This document shows, in pieces, positions 1-9,760 of a stretch of 64,000 nt of DNA. Position numbers and translations under genes: made by a program. Numbering within the stretch: the stretch's first letter is position 1; each line of letters opens with the position of its first letter. The notes beneath the pieces were generated by a model. That model did not search any database, was not told the origin of the DNA, and was given only the letters and a program-made list of their open reading frames with translations. The DNA lies in NCBI GenBank assembly GCA_964592855.1, contig CAZQKI010000002.1, positions 4,356 to 68,355 on the forward strand. Direction: 5' to 3'. This DNA is from an uncultured Lentisphaerales bacterium. Lineage in GTDB: Bacteria; Verrucomicrobiota; Kiritimatiellia; RFP12; JAAYLN01.

Positions 1-1330
1 GGCCGATCCCCTCGCGGGCAATTTCGAGATAGCGGTCGGTGCCGAGGTAGCGATAGAGCAGGACGGCCCCGCGCAGGTAGCACGCATCGCGCCCGACCGC
101 CAGGCGCGGCCAGCTGTTCTTCTCGGTCCAATGGGCGGTTTCAATCACGGCCCGCGCGGCGTCGATGAGATAGGGATCGCCCGTCTCCAGCCAGGCGCCG
201 ATCGAGGCGAGGATTCGCGCCATTGGCAGCGCGAAGGCGTTGGGCGGAAACCCGTGCATGCGCACTTGTTTGGCGGCGTGGTCGATGATGACATCGGTGA
301 AGAACCAGGCGGCCCGCATGGCGGTGTCGTACACCTGGGCATCGCCCGTCCGCCAGGCCTGGAGGAACAGCCCGTAGGGCGCCTCGCCCTCCCATCCCGG
401 CTCGGGGCGATCGGAGCCTTCCACATAGCTCAGCCCCCGCGGGATGTTGCCGTCTTCGAAGCCCCCCGCATGTGTGTATTGCTTGGCGAATGTCGCCACG
501 CCGTCCAACAGCCGGTCGTACGTGTTGGAAACGGGCAGCCAGGGTCCCGCCCAGAACTCCTCGCAGGCGCCGTACCACCAGGCGGGGGCCACGTACCGCG
601 CGAGACGCGGCGAGCGCACGGGATTCAAGCTGAAGCGGAAGCGGATGGTCCGGGCCATGCCGCGGAGAAAGCGGTGCTCCCGGGAGCGGAGGATGAAGGG
701 ATCGCGTTTCTCGGCGTGCAAGCGCATGCCGCTGTACAACTCGGCGCCTTCATACGGCTGCCACACCAGAAACCCGTCCTCGGCATCCATCCGGCCGGGC
801 TGGCCGGGGGTCGCCAGCGCCGACGCTTCCGAGGCGTCGAATGCCACCGGGCCGAAGTCGAACGCCTCGCGGCTTCCGTCCCAGAGGCCGAGTCCGTTGA
901 ACCCGGCCGGGTCGGCATCGCCGCACCGGAACCCGATGACCGGCACGACATCGTCGAAGGCGGCGCCGTCGTCGGAGAACTTGCTGTTGATGTGGTGGGC
1001 GAAGATTTCGCAGACGCCGTTGGCATGCAGGCGGGCGTAGATGTGGCCGTTGAGCCAGTTGTGCTTGTGCAGGTGGGGATTTGTGAAGCCCGGGTGCTCC
1101 CGGAAGCTTTCGGCGCCGTAGGCATCCACGGGGATCGCCCCGCCCATCTCGACGACGGTGCAGCCGGGGGTACGCTCCACAACGACCAGCCGGCACGCCT
1201 CCCACCAATGCACTCCGCCCTGGGTGCGCAGCCCCATGGCAATCTGCGCCGTGACGCCGCCCCAGGTGATCCCGAGCGCGTGCTGTTCCCAGACGAAAAA
1301 CGGATCCGGGCTGCGCCGGATCGGAAGCAT
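1..1330 (-). CDS. Partial CDS (C-terminus beyond window start), hypothetical protein, possibly a polysaccharide-degrading enzyme
   Basis: Manual translation of the minus strand (codon tops congruent to 1 mod 3) gives a continuous sensible protein (...GFEDGNIPRGLSYVEGSDRPEPGWEGEAPYGLFLQAWRTGDAQVYDTAMRAAWFFTDVIIDHAAKQVRMHGFPPNAFALPMARILASIGAWLETGDPYLIDAAR...) running off the window edge. It is absent from the ORF track because no in-window stop exists. Start is uncertain; candidate ATG at 1330 (MLPIRRSPDPFFVWEQ...). The overlapping listed ORFs 131..1681(+) and 750..1706(-) are low-complexity antisense artefacts. Confidence 0.5.
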   Translation of the reverse strand, partial: MLPIRRSPDPFFVWEQHALGITWGGVTAQIAMGLRTQGGVHWWEACRLVVVERTPGCTVVEMGGAIPVDAYGAESFREHPGFTNPHLHKHNWLNGHIYARLHANGVCEIFAHHINSKFSDDGAAFDDVVPVIGFRCGDADPAGFNGLGLWDGSREAFDFGPVAFDASEASALATPGQPGRMDAEDGFLVWQPYEGAELYSGMRLHAEKRDPFILRSREHRFLRGMARTIRFRFSLNPVRSPRLARYVAPAWWYGACEEFWAGPWLPVSNTYDRLLDGVATFAKQYTHAGGFEDGNIPRGLSYVEGSDRPEPGWEGEAPYGLFLQAWRTGDAQVYDTAMRAAWFFTDVIIDHAAKQVRMHGFPPNAFALPMARILASIGAWLETGDPYLIDAARAVIETAHWTEKNSWPRLAVGRDACYLRGAVLLYRYLGTDRYLEIAREGIG

Positions 1331-1838
1331 GCCGGCCTGCGGCGGCGGCGCGACGGCCGGGGCACCGTTGGCGGTCAGGCGGAGGCTGGCGGGGGCCTCG
1401 CCCGCGTTGTCGGCGATGATGAGCGCGCGGCGGGGATTGCCGGGCGCCGCACCGGGCCAGTTGCCCAGCTCCTGGTTGTAGCTGCTGCGATTCGCGACGC
1501 TGTGGGGGACGACCTGTCCGCCGCGCGGGATCGGCACCGAAAGCGAGACGAGCCCAGCCGGCCCCGCCTCGCCGAGACGCTTGAATTCCAGTTGAGTAAG
1601 TTGCTGCTGAAGATAGGAAGAAGCCACAGTCGCTCCGATCGGGTATGCAATTCGAGAACAGGCGCCAATAAGCGGAAATGATGGCTGAGCCGTGTGCCGG
1701 ATGCAAGGAGAATGTGCATGCGTTTGCCCCGCGTTTGCCCCGCCGAAACGAACGACTAGTCTTTCGTGCGTGTTTCTGCTAGGATGAAACCCAAAAATCG
1801 TGCCGGACTTAATCCGCTGCACGGAGGAGAAGGTACTG

Positions 1839-3512
1839 ATGGCTTGGTTGACCGAGCGCAAAAACGAAGTGAAGATTCGACAGAGCAACGAGCTGTGGGC
1901 CGTTTGTCCCGCATGCAAGGGCCATGTCGATCGTTCCGTCTGGCAGAAGAACCTCCAGGTTTGTCCCAAGTGCAATGCGCACGAGCGGCTGAGCTGCCGT
2001 GAACGCATTGACCTTTTGACAGATGCCGGGTCTTTTCTGGAACTGAACGCAGCGGTGAGTTTCAACGATCCGCTGAATTTTTCGGATGACAGTGGAACCT
2101 ATGCGGCCAAGGCCAAAGCCACGGCCGTCAAGACGGGGATTGGCGAGGCGGTCGTCACCGGCACCGCGACGATGGGCGGAATGCCCGTCGTCCTGGGCGT
2201 CATGGACTTCCGCTTCATGGGCGGCAGCCTGGGCAGCGGGACCGGCGAACGCATCCTGCTGGCCTCGGAGGCGGCGCTGGCCAAGCGTCTGCCGCTGATC
2301 CTGGTGTCGGCCTCGGGGGGGGCGCGGATGCACGAGGGGATCGTCTCCCTGATGCAGATGGCGCGGACCTGCGCGGGGATCGCCCGCCTGCAGGAGGCGG
2401 GCCTGCCCTACCTCTCGGTCCTCACGGATCCCACGACGGGCGGCGTCTCGGCCAGCTATGCCATGGTCGGCGACTTGAACATCGCCGAGCCCAAGAGCCT
2501 GATCGGCTTCGCCGGCCGCCGGGTGATCGAGCAGACCATCAAGCAGAAGCTGCCGGACGATTTCCAGACGGCGGAATACCTGGAGGCGCATGGCTTCCTC
2601 GACAGCATTGTTCCGCGCAAGGAGATGAAGGCCTGGCTGGTCAACGTGATGAAGTACTACCGTCCCAGGCAGCCCAAGCTCACGGTACGGTCGGCGGCGC
2701 CGCTGGCGGCGAAGCGCGGCCAGAAGCTCACGCCGTGGGAAACGGTCCAGCTGGCGCGCCACGCCGAGCGGCCGACCATCCGCGACACCATCGCGGGCTG
2801 CTGCGACGACTTCGTCGAGCTGCACGGCGACCGCCTCTTCGGCGACGACCGCGGCATCATCGGCGGCTTCGCCACCCTGGGCGGCCTCCGCGTCATGCTG
2901 ATCGGCCACCAGAAGGGGAAGACGGTCGAGGAGAACATCGCCTCGAACTTCGGCATGGCCAACCCCGAAGGCTACCGCAAGGCGATGCGGCTGATGAAGC
3001 TGGCGGAGCGGTACGGGCTCCCCGTCGTCAGCCTGGTCGACACCCCCGGCGCCTACCCCGGCCTCGACGCCGAGGCCCGCGGCCAGGCCGAGGCGATCGC
3101 GCGCAACCTGACCGTCATGGCCACCCTGCGCACCCCCTATGTCGTCGTCGTCACGGGCGAAGGCGGCAGCGGCGGCGCCCTGGGCATTGCGGTGGGCGAT
3201 CGCGTGCTGATGCTTCAGAACGCCGTCTACTCGGTCATTTCGCCGGAAGGCTGCGCTTCGATCCTGTGGCGCGACGGCAAGAAGGCTCCCGAGGCGGCCG
3301 CGGCGCTGAAGATCACCTCCGACGAGCTGCTCAAGCTGGGCATCATCGACACGATCGTTCCCGAGCCCGCCGGGGGTGCGCACGTGGACCCGAAGACGGC
3401 GATCGAGGCGGTCAAGTCGGCCGTCCTTTCGGCGCTGGTGCCCCTGCTGAGCCTGCCGGTCGAGCAACTGGTTGCGCAGCGTTACGACAAATTCGCGGCG
3501 ATGGGGCGCTGA
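1839..3512 (+). CDS. accDA: Acetyl-CoA carboxylase carboxyltransferase, fused beta (AccD, N-terminal Zn-ribbon) and alpha (AccA) subunits
   Basis: N-terminal CxxC...CxxC zinc finger (CPACKG...CPKCNAH) and GMPVVLGVMDFRFMGGSLGSG are typical AccD. The C-terminal half (LTPWETVQLARHAERP...GGSGGALGIAVGDRVLMLQNAVYSVISPEGCASILW) is typical AccA. Start taken at MAWLTERK, preceded by GGAGGAGAAGG RBS. Confidence 0.85.
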   Translation: MAWLTERKNEVKIRQSNELWAVCPACKGHVDRSVWQKNLQVCPKCNAHERLSCRERIDLLTDAGSFLELNAAVSFNDPLNFSDDSGTYAAKAKATAVKTGIGEAVVTGTATMGGMPVVLGVMDFRFMGGSLGSGTGERILLASEAALAKRLPLILVSASGGARMHEGIVSLMQMARTCAGIARLQEAGLPYLSVLTDPTTGGVSASYAMVGDLNIAEPKSLIGFAGRRVIEQTIKQKLPDDFQTAEYLEAHGFLDSIVPRKEMKAWLVNVMKYYRPRQPKLTVRSAAPLAAKRGQKLTPWETVQLARHAERPTIRDTIAGCCDDFVELHGDRLFGDDRGIIGGFATLGGLRVMLIGHQKGKTVEENIASNFGMANPEGYRKAMRLMKLAERYGLPVVSLVDTPGAYPGLDAEARGQAEAIARNLTVMATLRTPYVVVVTGEGGSGGALGIAVGDRVLMLQNAVYSVISPEGCASILWRDGKKAPEAAAALKITSDELLKLGIIDTIVPEPAGGAHVDPKTAIEAVKSAVLSALVPLLSLPVEQLVAQRYDKFAAMGR

Positions 3513-3554
3513 GCGCGCCCCGGCCATTTCGTTCATCCGTAAAGATTTTCCACC

Positions 3555-5456
3555 ATGGCAAAAAAAGTAACAAAGATCCAGCCGGTTGACGGCACCGCCT
3601 CCGCGGTGCGTCCCCGCATTCATGTGACCGACACCACGCTCCGCGATGCGCATCAGTCCCTTTGGGCGACGCGCATGCGCATGGACGACATTCTGCCGGT
3701 CATCGACGTGATCGACCGCGCCGGCTACTATTCGCTCGAGTGCTGGGGCGGGGCGACCTTCGACGTCTGCCTCCGCTTCCTGCGCGAGAATCCCTGGGAG
3801 CGTCTCCGCCTCATCAAGGCGCGTTGCAAGACGCCGCTGCAGATGCTGCTGCGCGGACAGAACATCCTGGGCTACCGCAACTATCCCGACGATGTGCTCA
3901 AGCGCTTTGTCGAGCTGGCCGCGGCCAATGGCATCGACATCTTCCGCATCTTCGACGCGCTCAACGACACGCGCAACCTCGAACAGGCGATCCGCGCCGT
4001 CAAGGCCGTCGGCGCGCATGCACAGGGGACGATCAGCTACACCTTCAGCCCCGTCCACACGGTTGAAGCCTACGTGAAGCTGGCCCGGGAGATGGAGGCG
4101 CTCGGCGCCGATTCGATCTGCATCAAGGACATGGCGGGAATCCTGACGCCGTCGGCGGCGGAGGAACTGACGTCGGCGCTGACCACCGGCGTGAAGATTC
4201 CGGTTCAGCTGCATGCCCACATGACCAGCGGCATGGCGGTCGCGGCCTATCTCGCCGCGGTGCGCTCCGGCACCGGCGCCGTCGACTGTGCCGTGGCCTC
4301 GATGTCGGGCTGCGCGTCGCAGCCGGCTGTCGAAACCATCAACGCCGTGTTGAAGGCGGCTGGTTACGACACCGGACTGGACATGGACGCCATCCATGAG
4401 GTGAACCAGTACTTCCGCAAGCTCAAGCCCCTGCGCGAGCCCGATCACGGCATCGTCGATTTTGTCGATGTCAACGTGCTGGAGCACCACATTCCCGGCG
4501 GGATGATCTCCAACCTCCGCTCGCAGTTGCAGCAGCAGGGGGCTTTGGACCGGCTGGACGAGGTGCTGAAGGAGCTCCCCCGCGTCCGCGCCGACATGGG
4601 CTATCCGCCCCTCGTCACTCCCACCAGCCAGATCATCGGCGTCCAGGCAGTGCTCAACGTCATCGGCGGCGAGCGCTACGGCATGGTGCCGCAGGAGACG
4701 CGCGACTACGTGAAGGGCCTCTATGGCCGTTCGCCCGCCCCCATCGATCCGAAGTGGGCGAAGAAGATCCTCGGCGGCGAAAAGCCCGTCACCTGCCGCC
4801 CGGCCGACCTGCTCAAGCCCGGCCTGGCCGAGGCCGCCAGCGGCCTGGACGCCAAGCTCGTCCAAGCCGAGGAGGACATCCTCTCCTACTGCATCTTTCC
4901 CGAAGTGGCGCTGGGCTACTTCAAGTGGCGTGCGCTCCCGGTCGACCAGCGTCCGCCGTCGCCGGCCGAGCTGGAGCAGAAGGCCCAGGCGCCTGCTGCC
5001 GAAAAGCCGCCTGCGGCCGCGGCCGTGCCGGCTGCTGCCGACGACGATACCTTGCGCTTCGCCGAAATCGGTCGTACGCTGAGCCGGCTTTTCCGCCAGA
5101 TGGGCGGAGCGGCGCTTGGCCCGTGCGAGCCCCTTCCGGCGGATGCGCCGCCGGTCGCCGCCGCGCCGCAACCCCCCGCCGCCAAACCTGCGCCCGCCGC
5201 CGAGGCGGTTCCCGCGGGCGAGACGATCAACGCTCCCTTGAACGGCACCTTCTACCGGACCCCCGGCCCGGGCAAGGCGAATTTCGCCGAGGCGGGTGCG
5301 ACCTGCAAGGCCGGCGACACCGTCTGCGTCGTCGAGGCGATGAAACTCTTCAACAGCATCAAGGCCGCGAAGAACTGCAAGATCGTCAAGTTCCTGGTCG
5401 AGCACGGGGCCGTGGTGACCAAGGGGCAGCCCATGGCTGTAATCGAGACGCTGTAG
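3555..5456 (+). CDS. Biotin-dependent carboxyltransferase 5S subunit with C-terminal biotinyl (BCCP) domain: oxaloacetate decarboxylase alpha / pyruvate carboxylase subunit B family
   Basis: N-terminal HMGL-like TIM barrel ([23 protein letters not shown]), conserved carboxyltransferase domain, Ala/Pro-rich linker, and C-terminal biotin attachment motif [14 protein letters not shown]. Confidence 0.8.
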   Translation: MAKKVTKIQPVDGTASAVRPRIHVTDTTLRDAHQSLWATRMRMDDILPVIDVIDRAGYYSLECWGGATFDVCLRFLRENPWERLRLIKARCKTPLQMLLRGQNILGYRNYPDDVLKRFVELAAANGIDIFRIFDALNDTRNLEQAIRAVKAVGAHAQGTISYTFSPVHTVEAYVKLAREMEALGADSICIKDMAGILTPSAAEELTSALTTGVKIPVQLHAHMTSGMAVAAYLAAVRSGTGAVDCAVASMSGCASQPAVETINAVLKAAGYDTGLDMDAIHEVNQYFRKLKPLREPDHGIVDFVDVNVLEHHIPGGMISNLRSQLQQQGALDRLDEVLKELPRVRADMGYPPLVTPTSQIIGVQAVLNVIGGERYGMVPQETRDYVKGLYGRSPAPIDPKWAKKILGGEKPVTCRPADLLKPGLAEAASGLDAKLVQAEEDILSYCIFPEVALGYFKWRALPVDQRPPSPAELEQKAQAPAAEKPPAAAAVPAAADDDTLRFAEIGRTLSRLFRQMGGAALGPCEPLPADAPPVAAAPQPPAAKPAPAAEAVPAGETINAPLNGTFYRTPGPGKANFAEAGATCKAGDTVCVVEAMKLFNSIKAAKNCKIVKFLVEHGAVVTKGQPMAVIETL

Positions 5457-5458
5457 GA

Positions 5459-5950
5459 ATGAATGGGAGCGAACAGATCATCGAACGGCTGGCGCGGGCG
5501 GGGCAGAGCCTCGCCTGCGCCGAGTCGTGCACTGGCGGCCTGATTGCCGCGCGCCTGACGGATGTCCCGGGGGCATCGGCGGTTTTTCGCGGCGGCATCG
5601 TGGCCTACGCGAACGCCGTCAAGCAGACGCTGCTGGGCGTGGAGGAGTCGCTGCTCGAAACGGAGGGTGCGGTCAGCGCATCCTGCGCCTCGGTCATGGC
5701 CGAGGGGATACGCGACCGGCTGAAGAGCGACTGGGGTCTCGCGACAACGGGCATCGCGGGCCCCGGCGGCGCAACGCCGTCGAAGCCGGTGGGGTTGGTT
5801 TTCATTGCGGTGGCCGGCGCCGGCGAAACCCGCGTCGAACGCAACGTCTTTGCCGGCGACCGCGCCGGCGTGCGCGAACAGGCTGTCCACCGCGCGCTGG
5901 ACCTACTCCTCGCCTGCCTGGTGCCGGCCAGCGCTCACCCTTCGGCGTAG
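5459..5950 (+). CDS. CinA C-terminal domain protein / nicotinamide-nucleotide amidohydrolase (PncC-like)
   Basis: [38 protein letters not shown]...[12 protein letters not shown] matches the CinA_C / PncC family. ATG at 5459 lies 3 nt after the upstream stop. Confidence 0.75.
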   Translation: MNGSEQIIERLARAGQSLACAESCTGGLIAARLTDVPGASAVFRGGIVAYANAVKQTLLGVEESLLETEGAVSASCASVMAEGIRDRLKSDWGLATTGIAGPGGATPSKPVGLVFIAVAGAGETRVERNVFAGDRAGVREQAVHRALDLLLACLVPASAHPSA

Positions 5951-6954
5951 CCCTGCGGATTCATCGACTGCCAGCGCCAGGCGTCGGCGCACATCGCGTC
6001 GATGCCGCGCCGGGCCTCCCACCCGAGCGCTTCGCGCGCAAAGGCGGGATCGGCATAGCAGGTCGCGACATCGCCGGGGCGGCGCGGCGAAATCGCGTAG
6101 GGAACGGGGCGTCCGCTGGCCTTCTCGAAGGCGTGGACCATGTCGAGCACGCTGTAGCCGTGGCCGGTGCCGAGGTTGACCGTGATCAATTCCCCGGGAT
6201 GCCCGCCGAGCCGGTCGATCGCCGCCAGGTGCCCTTGCGCCAGATCCACGACGTGGATGTAGTCGCGGACGCCCGTCCCGTCGGGGGTGGGGTAGTCGTT
6301 GCCGAAGACGCGCAACTGCTTCAGCTTGCCGACGGCGACTTGCGAGACGAAGGGGAGCAGGTTGTTGGGAATGCCGTTCGGATCCTCGCCGATGCGTCCG
6401 CTGATGTGGGCGCCGACGGGGTTGAAGTAGCGGAGGATGGCCATGCCCATCGCGGGGTCGGCGTGGTGGATGTCGCGGAGCATCTCTTCGATCATGAGCT
6501 TCGTCCGCCCGTAGGGGTTGGTTGCGCTCAGCGGAAAGTCTTCGCGGATCGGCACCGTCTCGGGAACGCCGTAGACGGTCGCCGACGAACTGAAGACCAG
6601 GTTCTTGACGCCGTGCGCGTTCATCGAGCCGATCAGCTCGATGGTGCTGATCAGATTGTTCCGGTAGTAGCGGAGGGGGATCGACACCGATTCACCGACG
6701 GCCTTGAGCCCGGCAAAGTGGATGACGGCATCGACGGGACGGGCGGCCATGACGGCGTCCAGCGCCGGGCGGTCCAGCAGATCGACCTGGTGGAAGACGG
6801 GGCTGCGCCCGGCCAGTTCCGCGATGCGCCGGACGGCTTCGGGCTTGCTGTTGACCAGGCTGTCGACGATGGTGACCTCGTCGCCGCGGGAGAGCAGCTC
6901 GACGACCGTGTGACTGCCAATATAGCCGGCGCCGCCGGTGACCAGAATGTGCAT
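5935..6954 (-). CDS. galE: UDP-glucose 4-epimerase
   Basis: [15 protein letters not shown] Rossmann motif, YGRTK catalytic motif, full-length GalE-like (340 aa). The listed ORF 5935..7089 carries a spurious 45-aa N-terminal extension; start chosen at MHILVTGG. Confidence 0.85.
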   Translation of the reverse strand: MHILVTGGAGYIGSHTVVELLSRGDEVTIVDSLVNSKPEAVRRIAELAGRSPVFHQVDLLDRPALDAVMAARPVDAVIHFAGLKAVGESVSIPLRYYRNNLISTIELIGSMNAHGVKNLVFSSSATVYGVPETVPIREDFPLSATNPYGRTKLMIEEMLRDIHHADPAMGMAILRYFNPVGAHISGRIGEDPNGIPNNLLPFVSQVAVGKLKQLRVFGNDYPTPDGTGVRDYIHVVDLAQGHLAAIDRLGGHPGELITVNLGTGHGYSVLDMVHAFEKASGRPVPYAISPRRPGDVATCYADPAFAREALGWEARRGIDAMCADAWRWQSMNPQGYAEG

Positions 6955-7094
6955 GTGCGTTAACCTCTCGAATGACCAGGCCGGAATTCTACGCCATGCC
7001 CCTCCGGTTGGCCATGAAATAATGTTCTGACATACTGCTTTCAATTTGGCTTGAGAGGGCCTAAAATATTGAGCGGAAGTGACGAACAAGAGCC

Positions 7095-7190
7095 GGTTGA
7101 CTGATAACTTGACCCATACTTGACTTATCCAGATACCGGTCTTATTTTGCGCAAGCGCTTATCGCAAAATAACGGATTGCGTTATGTTGA
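7095..7190. promoter_or_regulatory. Divergent promoter region with three phased TTGAC boxes and a 17-bp palindrome ATAACGgattgCGTTAT
   Basis: TTGAC at 7097, 7109 and 7120 (11-12 bp phasing). Perfect inverted repeat ATAACG-N5-CGTTAT at 7169..7185, about 50 bp upstream of the rmlD-like start. The region is markedly AT-rich relative to flanks. Confidence 0.3.
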
Positions 7191-7231
7191 AAAGCAAAAC
7201 AACGCTATGAAGAGACAACAGACAGTGAATT

Positions 7232-8143
7232 ATGACAAAGACAAAGCTGTTGATTACCGGTGCGACGGGGCTGCTGGGGCGGCCTCTCTTTCAATGCTGC
7301 CGTGCCGTCGATGACTGGCAGGTGACGGGGACGGCGTGGAGCCGGACCGGCCCCGGCCTGGAACGCATCGATCTGGCGGACACGGCGCGGCTGCCCGATT
7401 TTCTGCGCCGGATGTCGCCGCGGCTCATCATCCACTCCGCGGCGGAGCGCCGGCCGGACGTGAGCGAGAAGGATCCGGCTGGGACGCAGCGGCTGAATGT
7501 CGAAGCGACCGGGGTCATCGCGCAATGGGCCAAGGCCCACGGCGCGTTTCTGATCTACCTCTCCACGGACTACGTGTTCGACGGCACGAAGCCCCCGTAC
7601 CGTCACGACGACCCCACGCAGGCGATCAACGCCTATGGCCAGAGCAAGCTGGATGGCGAGCGGGCCATTTTGGCGGCCGGCGGTGCCGCGGCCGTGCTGC
7701 GCGTGCCGATTCTGTACGGTCCCTGCGAGAGCCTGGCCGAGTCGGCCGTCACGGTCCTGGCGCAGAACATGCTCGGTGCGCGCGCCGGGACTGGAACGCT
7801 CACGATGGAGCATTGGGCGACGCGCTACCCGACGCTGACGTCCGATCTGGCCGTCTTGCTGCGGCAGATGGCGGCGCGGCATCTCCGGGAGAACGACCTG
7901 GACGGCATCTACCATTGGAGCGGTGCGGAGCCCATGACCAAGTACGACATGGCGCTGGCGATGGGCCCGCAGCTTCGCTTCGATGTTGCGCGGCTCGTGG
8001 CCGACGCTCACCCGCCCGCGGGGGCGCCGCGGCCGAAGAACTGCCACCTCGACTCGGAGCGGCTGGAGCGGCTGGGCCTCGGACAGCGGACGCCCTTTGC
8101 CGTGGCGATCGCGCCGATTCTGGCGCAGTACGCGGGGGCGTAA
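7232..8143 (+). CDS. RmlD-like NAD(P)-dependent sugar reductase (dTDP-4-dehydrorhamnose reductase family)
   Basis: LLITGATGLLGRPL, IIHSAAERRPDV, YGQSKLDGE motifs of the RmlD substrate-binding-domain family. Confidence 0.7.
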   Translation: MTKTKLLITGATGLLGRPLFQCCRAVDDWQVTGTAWSRTGPGLERIDLADTARLPDFLRRMSPRLIIHSAAERRPDVSEKDPAGTQRLNVEATGVIAQWAKAHGAFLIYLSTDYVFDGTKPPYRHDDPTQAINAYGQSKLDGERAILAAGGAAAVLRVPILYGPCESLAESAVTVLAQNMLGARAGTGTLTMEHWATRYPTLTSDLAVLLRQMAARHLRENDLDGIYHWSGAEPMTKYDMALAMGPQLRFDVARLVADAHPPAGAPRPKNCHLDSERLERLGLGQRTPFAVAIAPILAQYAGA

Positions 8144-8203
8144 GCCCGTCGCTTGAAGCGGTCGAATCCCGCGCACGTGCGCGAAACCCACAAGGGAGAT
8201 CAG

Positions 8204-9190
8204 ATGGAAGCGAATGAACAGCTCAAGGTCCTGTTTCGCATCGCGAACGCCTTGGAGCGGATTGCCGCGGTCCTGGAGGGCAAGCGCCCGGCGGCGGCTG
8301 TCCCCGTCGTGACAACGCCCCCTCCGCCCCCGAAGCCCAGGCCCCCAAGGGCCACGGCGGTGCAGGCGCCGCCGGCACCACGTCCCGCGCCGGCCCCAGG
8401 CATGCCCCTCCCGCTGGTCCCGCGCATGACGAAAGCGCAAACGGCTGCAGCCGCCACCCTGGATGCATCCGCCCAGAGGGAACTCGTCGGCTATCTGCAG
8501 GCGTGCGGCTACAAGACGCAGGGACTGAAGTACAACGACGAATCGGAGACCTACAATCTGGCCAAGCAGATCTGGGCTTCGCGGACCATCTCGTTTCCCT
8601 TTCTGAAGTCGCTCCGCCACAATCTGGCCGACCGGGCCCGCTTCGCCTTTCCCTACAAGTCCTACGGCGACATGGACCGGGACCGGATGCGCTCGCTCTG
8701 CGACGTGCTGGGCAAGAAGGACATCATCGAGTATTACGAGGAGCCCGGGGCTTTTGTCGTGACGCCCAAGGTGGGCAATGCCAAGCAGCACTACATCACG
8801 GGCTTCTGGGGCGAGGAGATCGCGCTCTATCTGATCCGCAAGGTGATGACGGAGGTGTCGGCCCGGCAGAAGATGAAGTACAAGATCGTCCAGAATGTCG
8901 CGATGACCCGGCCGGGACCGGACGGCAAGTCCCAGTACCGCGCGGAGATCGACGCCGTGCTGCTGGTCAACCAGACCTTCTACTTCTTCGAAGTCAAAAC
9001 GGGCAACATTCTGAAGAAGTACGACGAGATGGCCCGTCTCCTGGCCGGCGAGCGGCACTTCTACATCATGTGCTGCATGGACCGTGCGAAGGGGCTCGAC
9101 AAGCTGCGCGAGACCAACCGGATCAAGGTGTTTCAACTGGATGCGCTGGAGCAGTCGTTGAAGACGCTCCTCGAATCGTCGCTGCGGTGA
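8204..9190 (+). CDS. Hypothetical protein with Pro-rich linker and C-terminal PD-(D/E)xK nuclease-like motif
   Basis: N-terminal helical segment (MEANEQLKVLFRIANALERIAAVLEG), Pro/Ala-rich linker (PPPPPKPRPPRATAVQAPPAPRPAPAP), C-terminal globular domain with WGEEIALYL ... EIDAVLLVNQ ... FYFFEVKTG (E...D...EVK arrangement). Start chosen at the second Met (MEANEQ). Confidence 0.55.
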   Translation: MEANEQLKVLFRIANALERIAAVLEGKRPAAAVPVVTTPPPPPKPRPPRATAVQAPPAPRPAPAPGMPLPLVPRMTKAQTAAAATLDASAQRELVGYLQACGYKTQGLKYNDESETYNLAKQIWASRTISFPFLKSLRHNLADRARFAFPYKSYGDMDRDRMRSLCDVLGKKDIIEYYEEPGAFVVTPKVGNAKQHYITGFWGEEIALYLIRKVMTEVSARQKMKYKIVQNVAMTRPGPDGKSQYRAEIDAVLLVNQTFYFFEVKTGNILKKYDEMARLLAGERHFYIMCCMDRAKGLDKLRETNRIKVFQLDALEQSLKTLLESSLR

Positions 9191-9261
9191 ACGCCGGGGT
9201 CACGTCAACTTCGTTGCCGCGCCGTTTGGAAGCCGAAAGGGCGCCATTATTCATCTCGCGC

Positions 9262-9358
9262 AAAGGGACGAAATGGACCCGGCGGTCCTCCGCCGTAGAG
9301 AAATGGAAGGTCGGGGCGGCTGCTCTTTTCGCCTACCGCCGGGGACGGCGGGGTCCAG
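9262..9358. repeat. REP-like element copy A (contains hairpin CGGCGGtcctCCGCCG)
   Basis: agggacgaaatggacccggcggtcctccgccgtagagaaatggaaggtcggggcggctgctcttttcgcctaccgccggggacggcggggtccag is near-identical to copy B 132 bp downstream; the core recurs at 45617. Confidence 0.7.
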
Positions 9359-9393
9359 TTCGTTCTATTTGCCGGAGGCCGAGGGGGCGGGTG

Positions 9394-9490
9394 CACAGGG
9401 ACGAAATGGACTCGGCGGTCCTCCGCCGTTGAGAATTGGAAGGTTGAGGCGGCTGCTCTTTTCGCCTGCCGCCGGGGACGGCGGGGTCCA
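9394..9490. repeat. REP-like element copy B
   Basis: About 90% identical direct repeat of copy A (ggactcggcggtcctccgccgttgagaattggaaggttgaggcggctgctcttttcgcctgccgccggggacggcggggtccag). Confidence 0.7.
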
Positions 9491-9705
9491 GTGCGGCTTC
9501 AGACGCCGAGTCGGGGGCACAATGAAGGGAGCCGTGGCAGGTTTGCGCCCCTTGTGCCTTGGGAGGCTATGCGCTTCATGGACAACGTCGGCATGCCTCT
9601 GCCGAATCTCGAGCATCCGACAAAGTTTGAGACAAAGCTCGCGACAAAGCTTCATGGGGGTAAACCAGACGGCCGGGGCGCAGATGCTCTGCAAGTCTCC
9701 TACTC

Positions 9706-9760
9706 GATCCAACTGGCCCGGCAAAGCCGGCCAGAGGCCGCACTGAATACTGAACCCTTG
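9706..9760. repeat. Second repeat module (hairpin CTGGCCCGGCAAAGCCGGCCAG + CACTGAA..CTGAACCCT)
   Basis: cgatccaactggcccggcaaagccggccagaggccgcactgaatactgaaccct matches gatccaactggcggccgccggccgccagaggccccactgaacgctgaaccct at 45653..45705. Confidence 0.65.

Noticed and set aside
131-1706. Overlapping ORFs 131..1681(+), 750..1706(-), 625..1365(-)
   Set aside because: Low-complexity Arg/Pro/Gly-rich translations. The third minus frame gives a coherent protein instead (see the partial CDS at 1..1330).
1809-5405. 1198-aa ORF on the minus strand
   Set aside because: Antisense to the well-supported accDA and oadA-like genes. The translation is Arg/Gly/Ala/Asp low complexity, typical of a stop-poor antisense frame in high-GC DNA.
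9256-9490. Possible CRISPR array (two direct repeats)
   Set aside because: Only two copies, ~97 bp long with a 132-bp period, imperfect. The same core recurs singly at 45617. The pattern fits a REP/MITE-like element, not CRISPR, and no cas genes are present.
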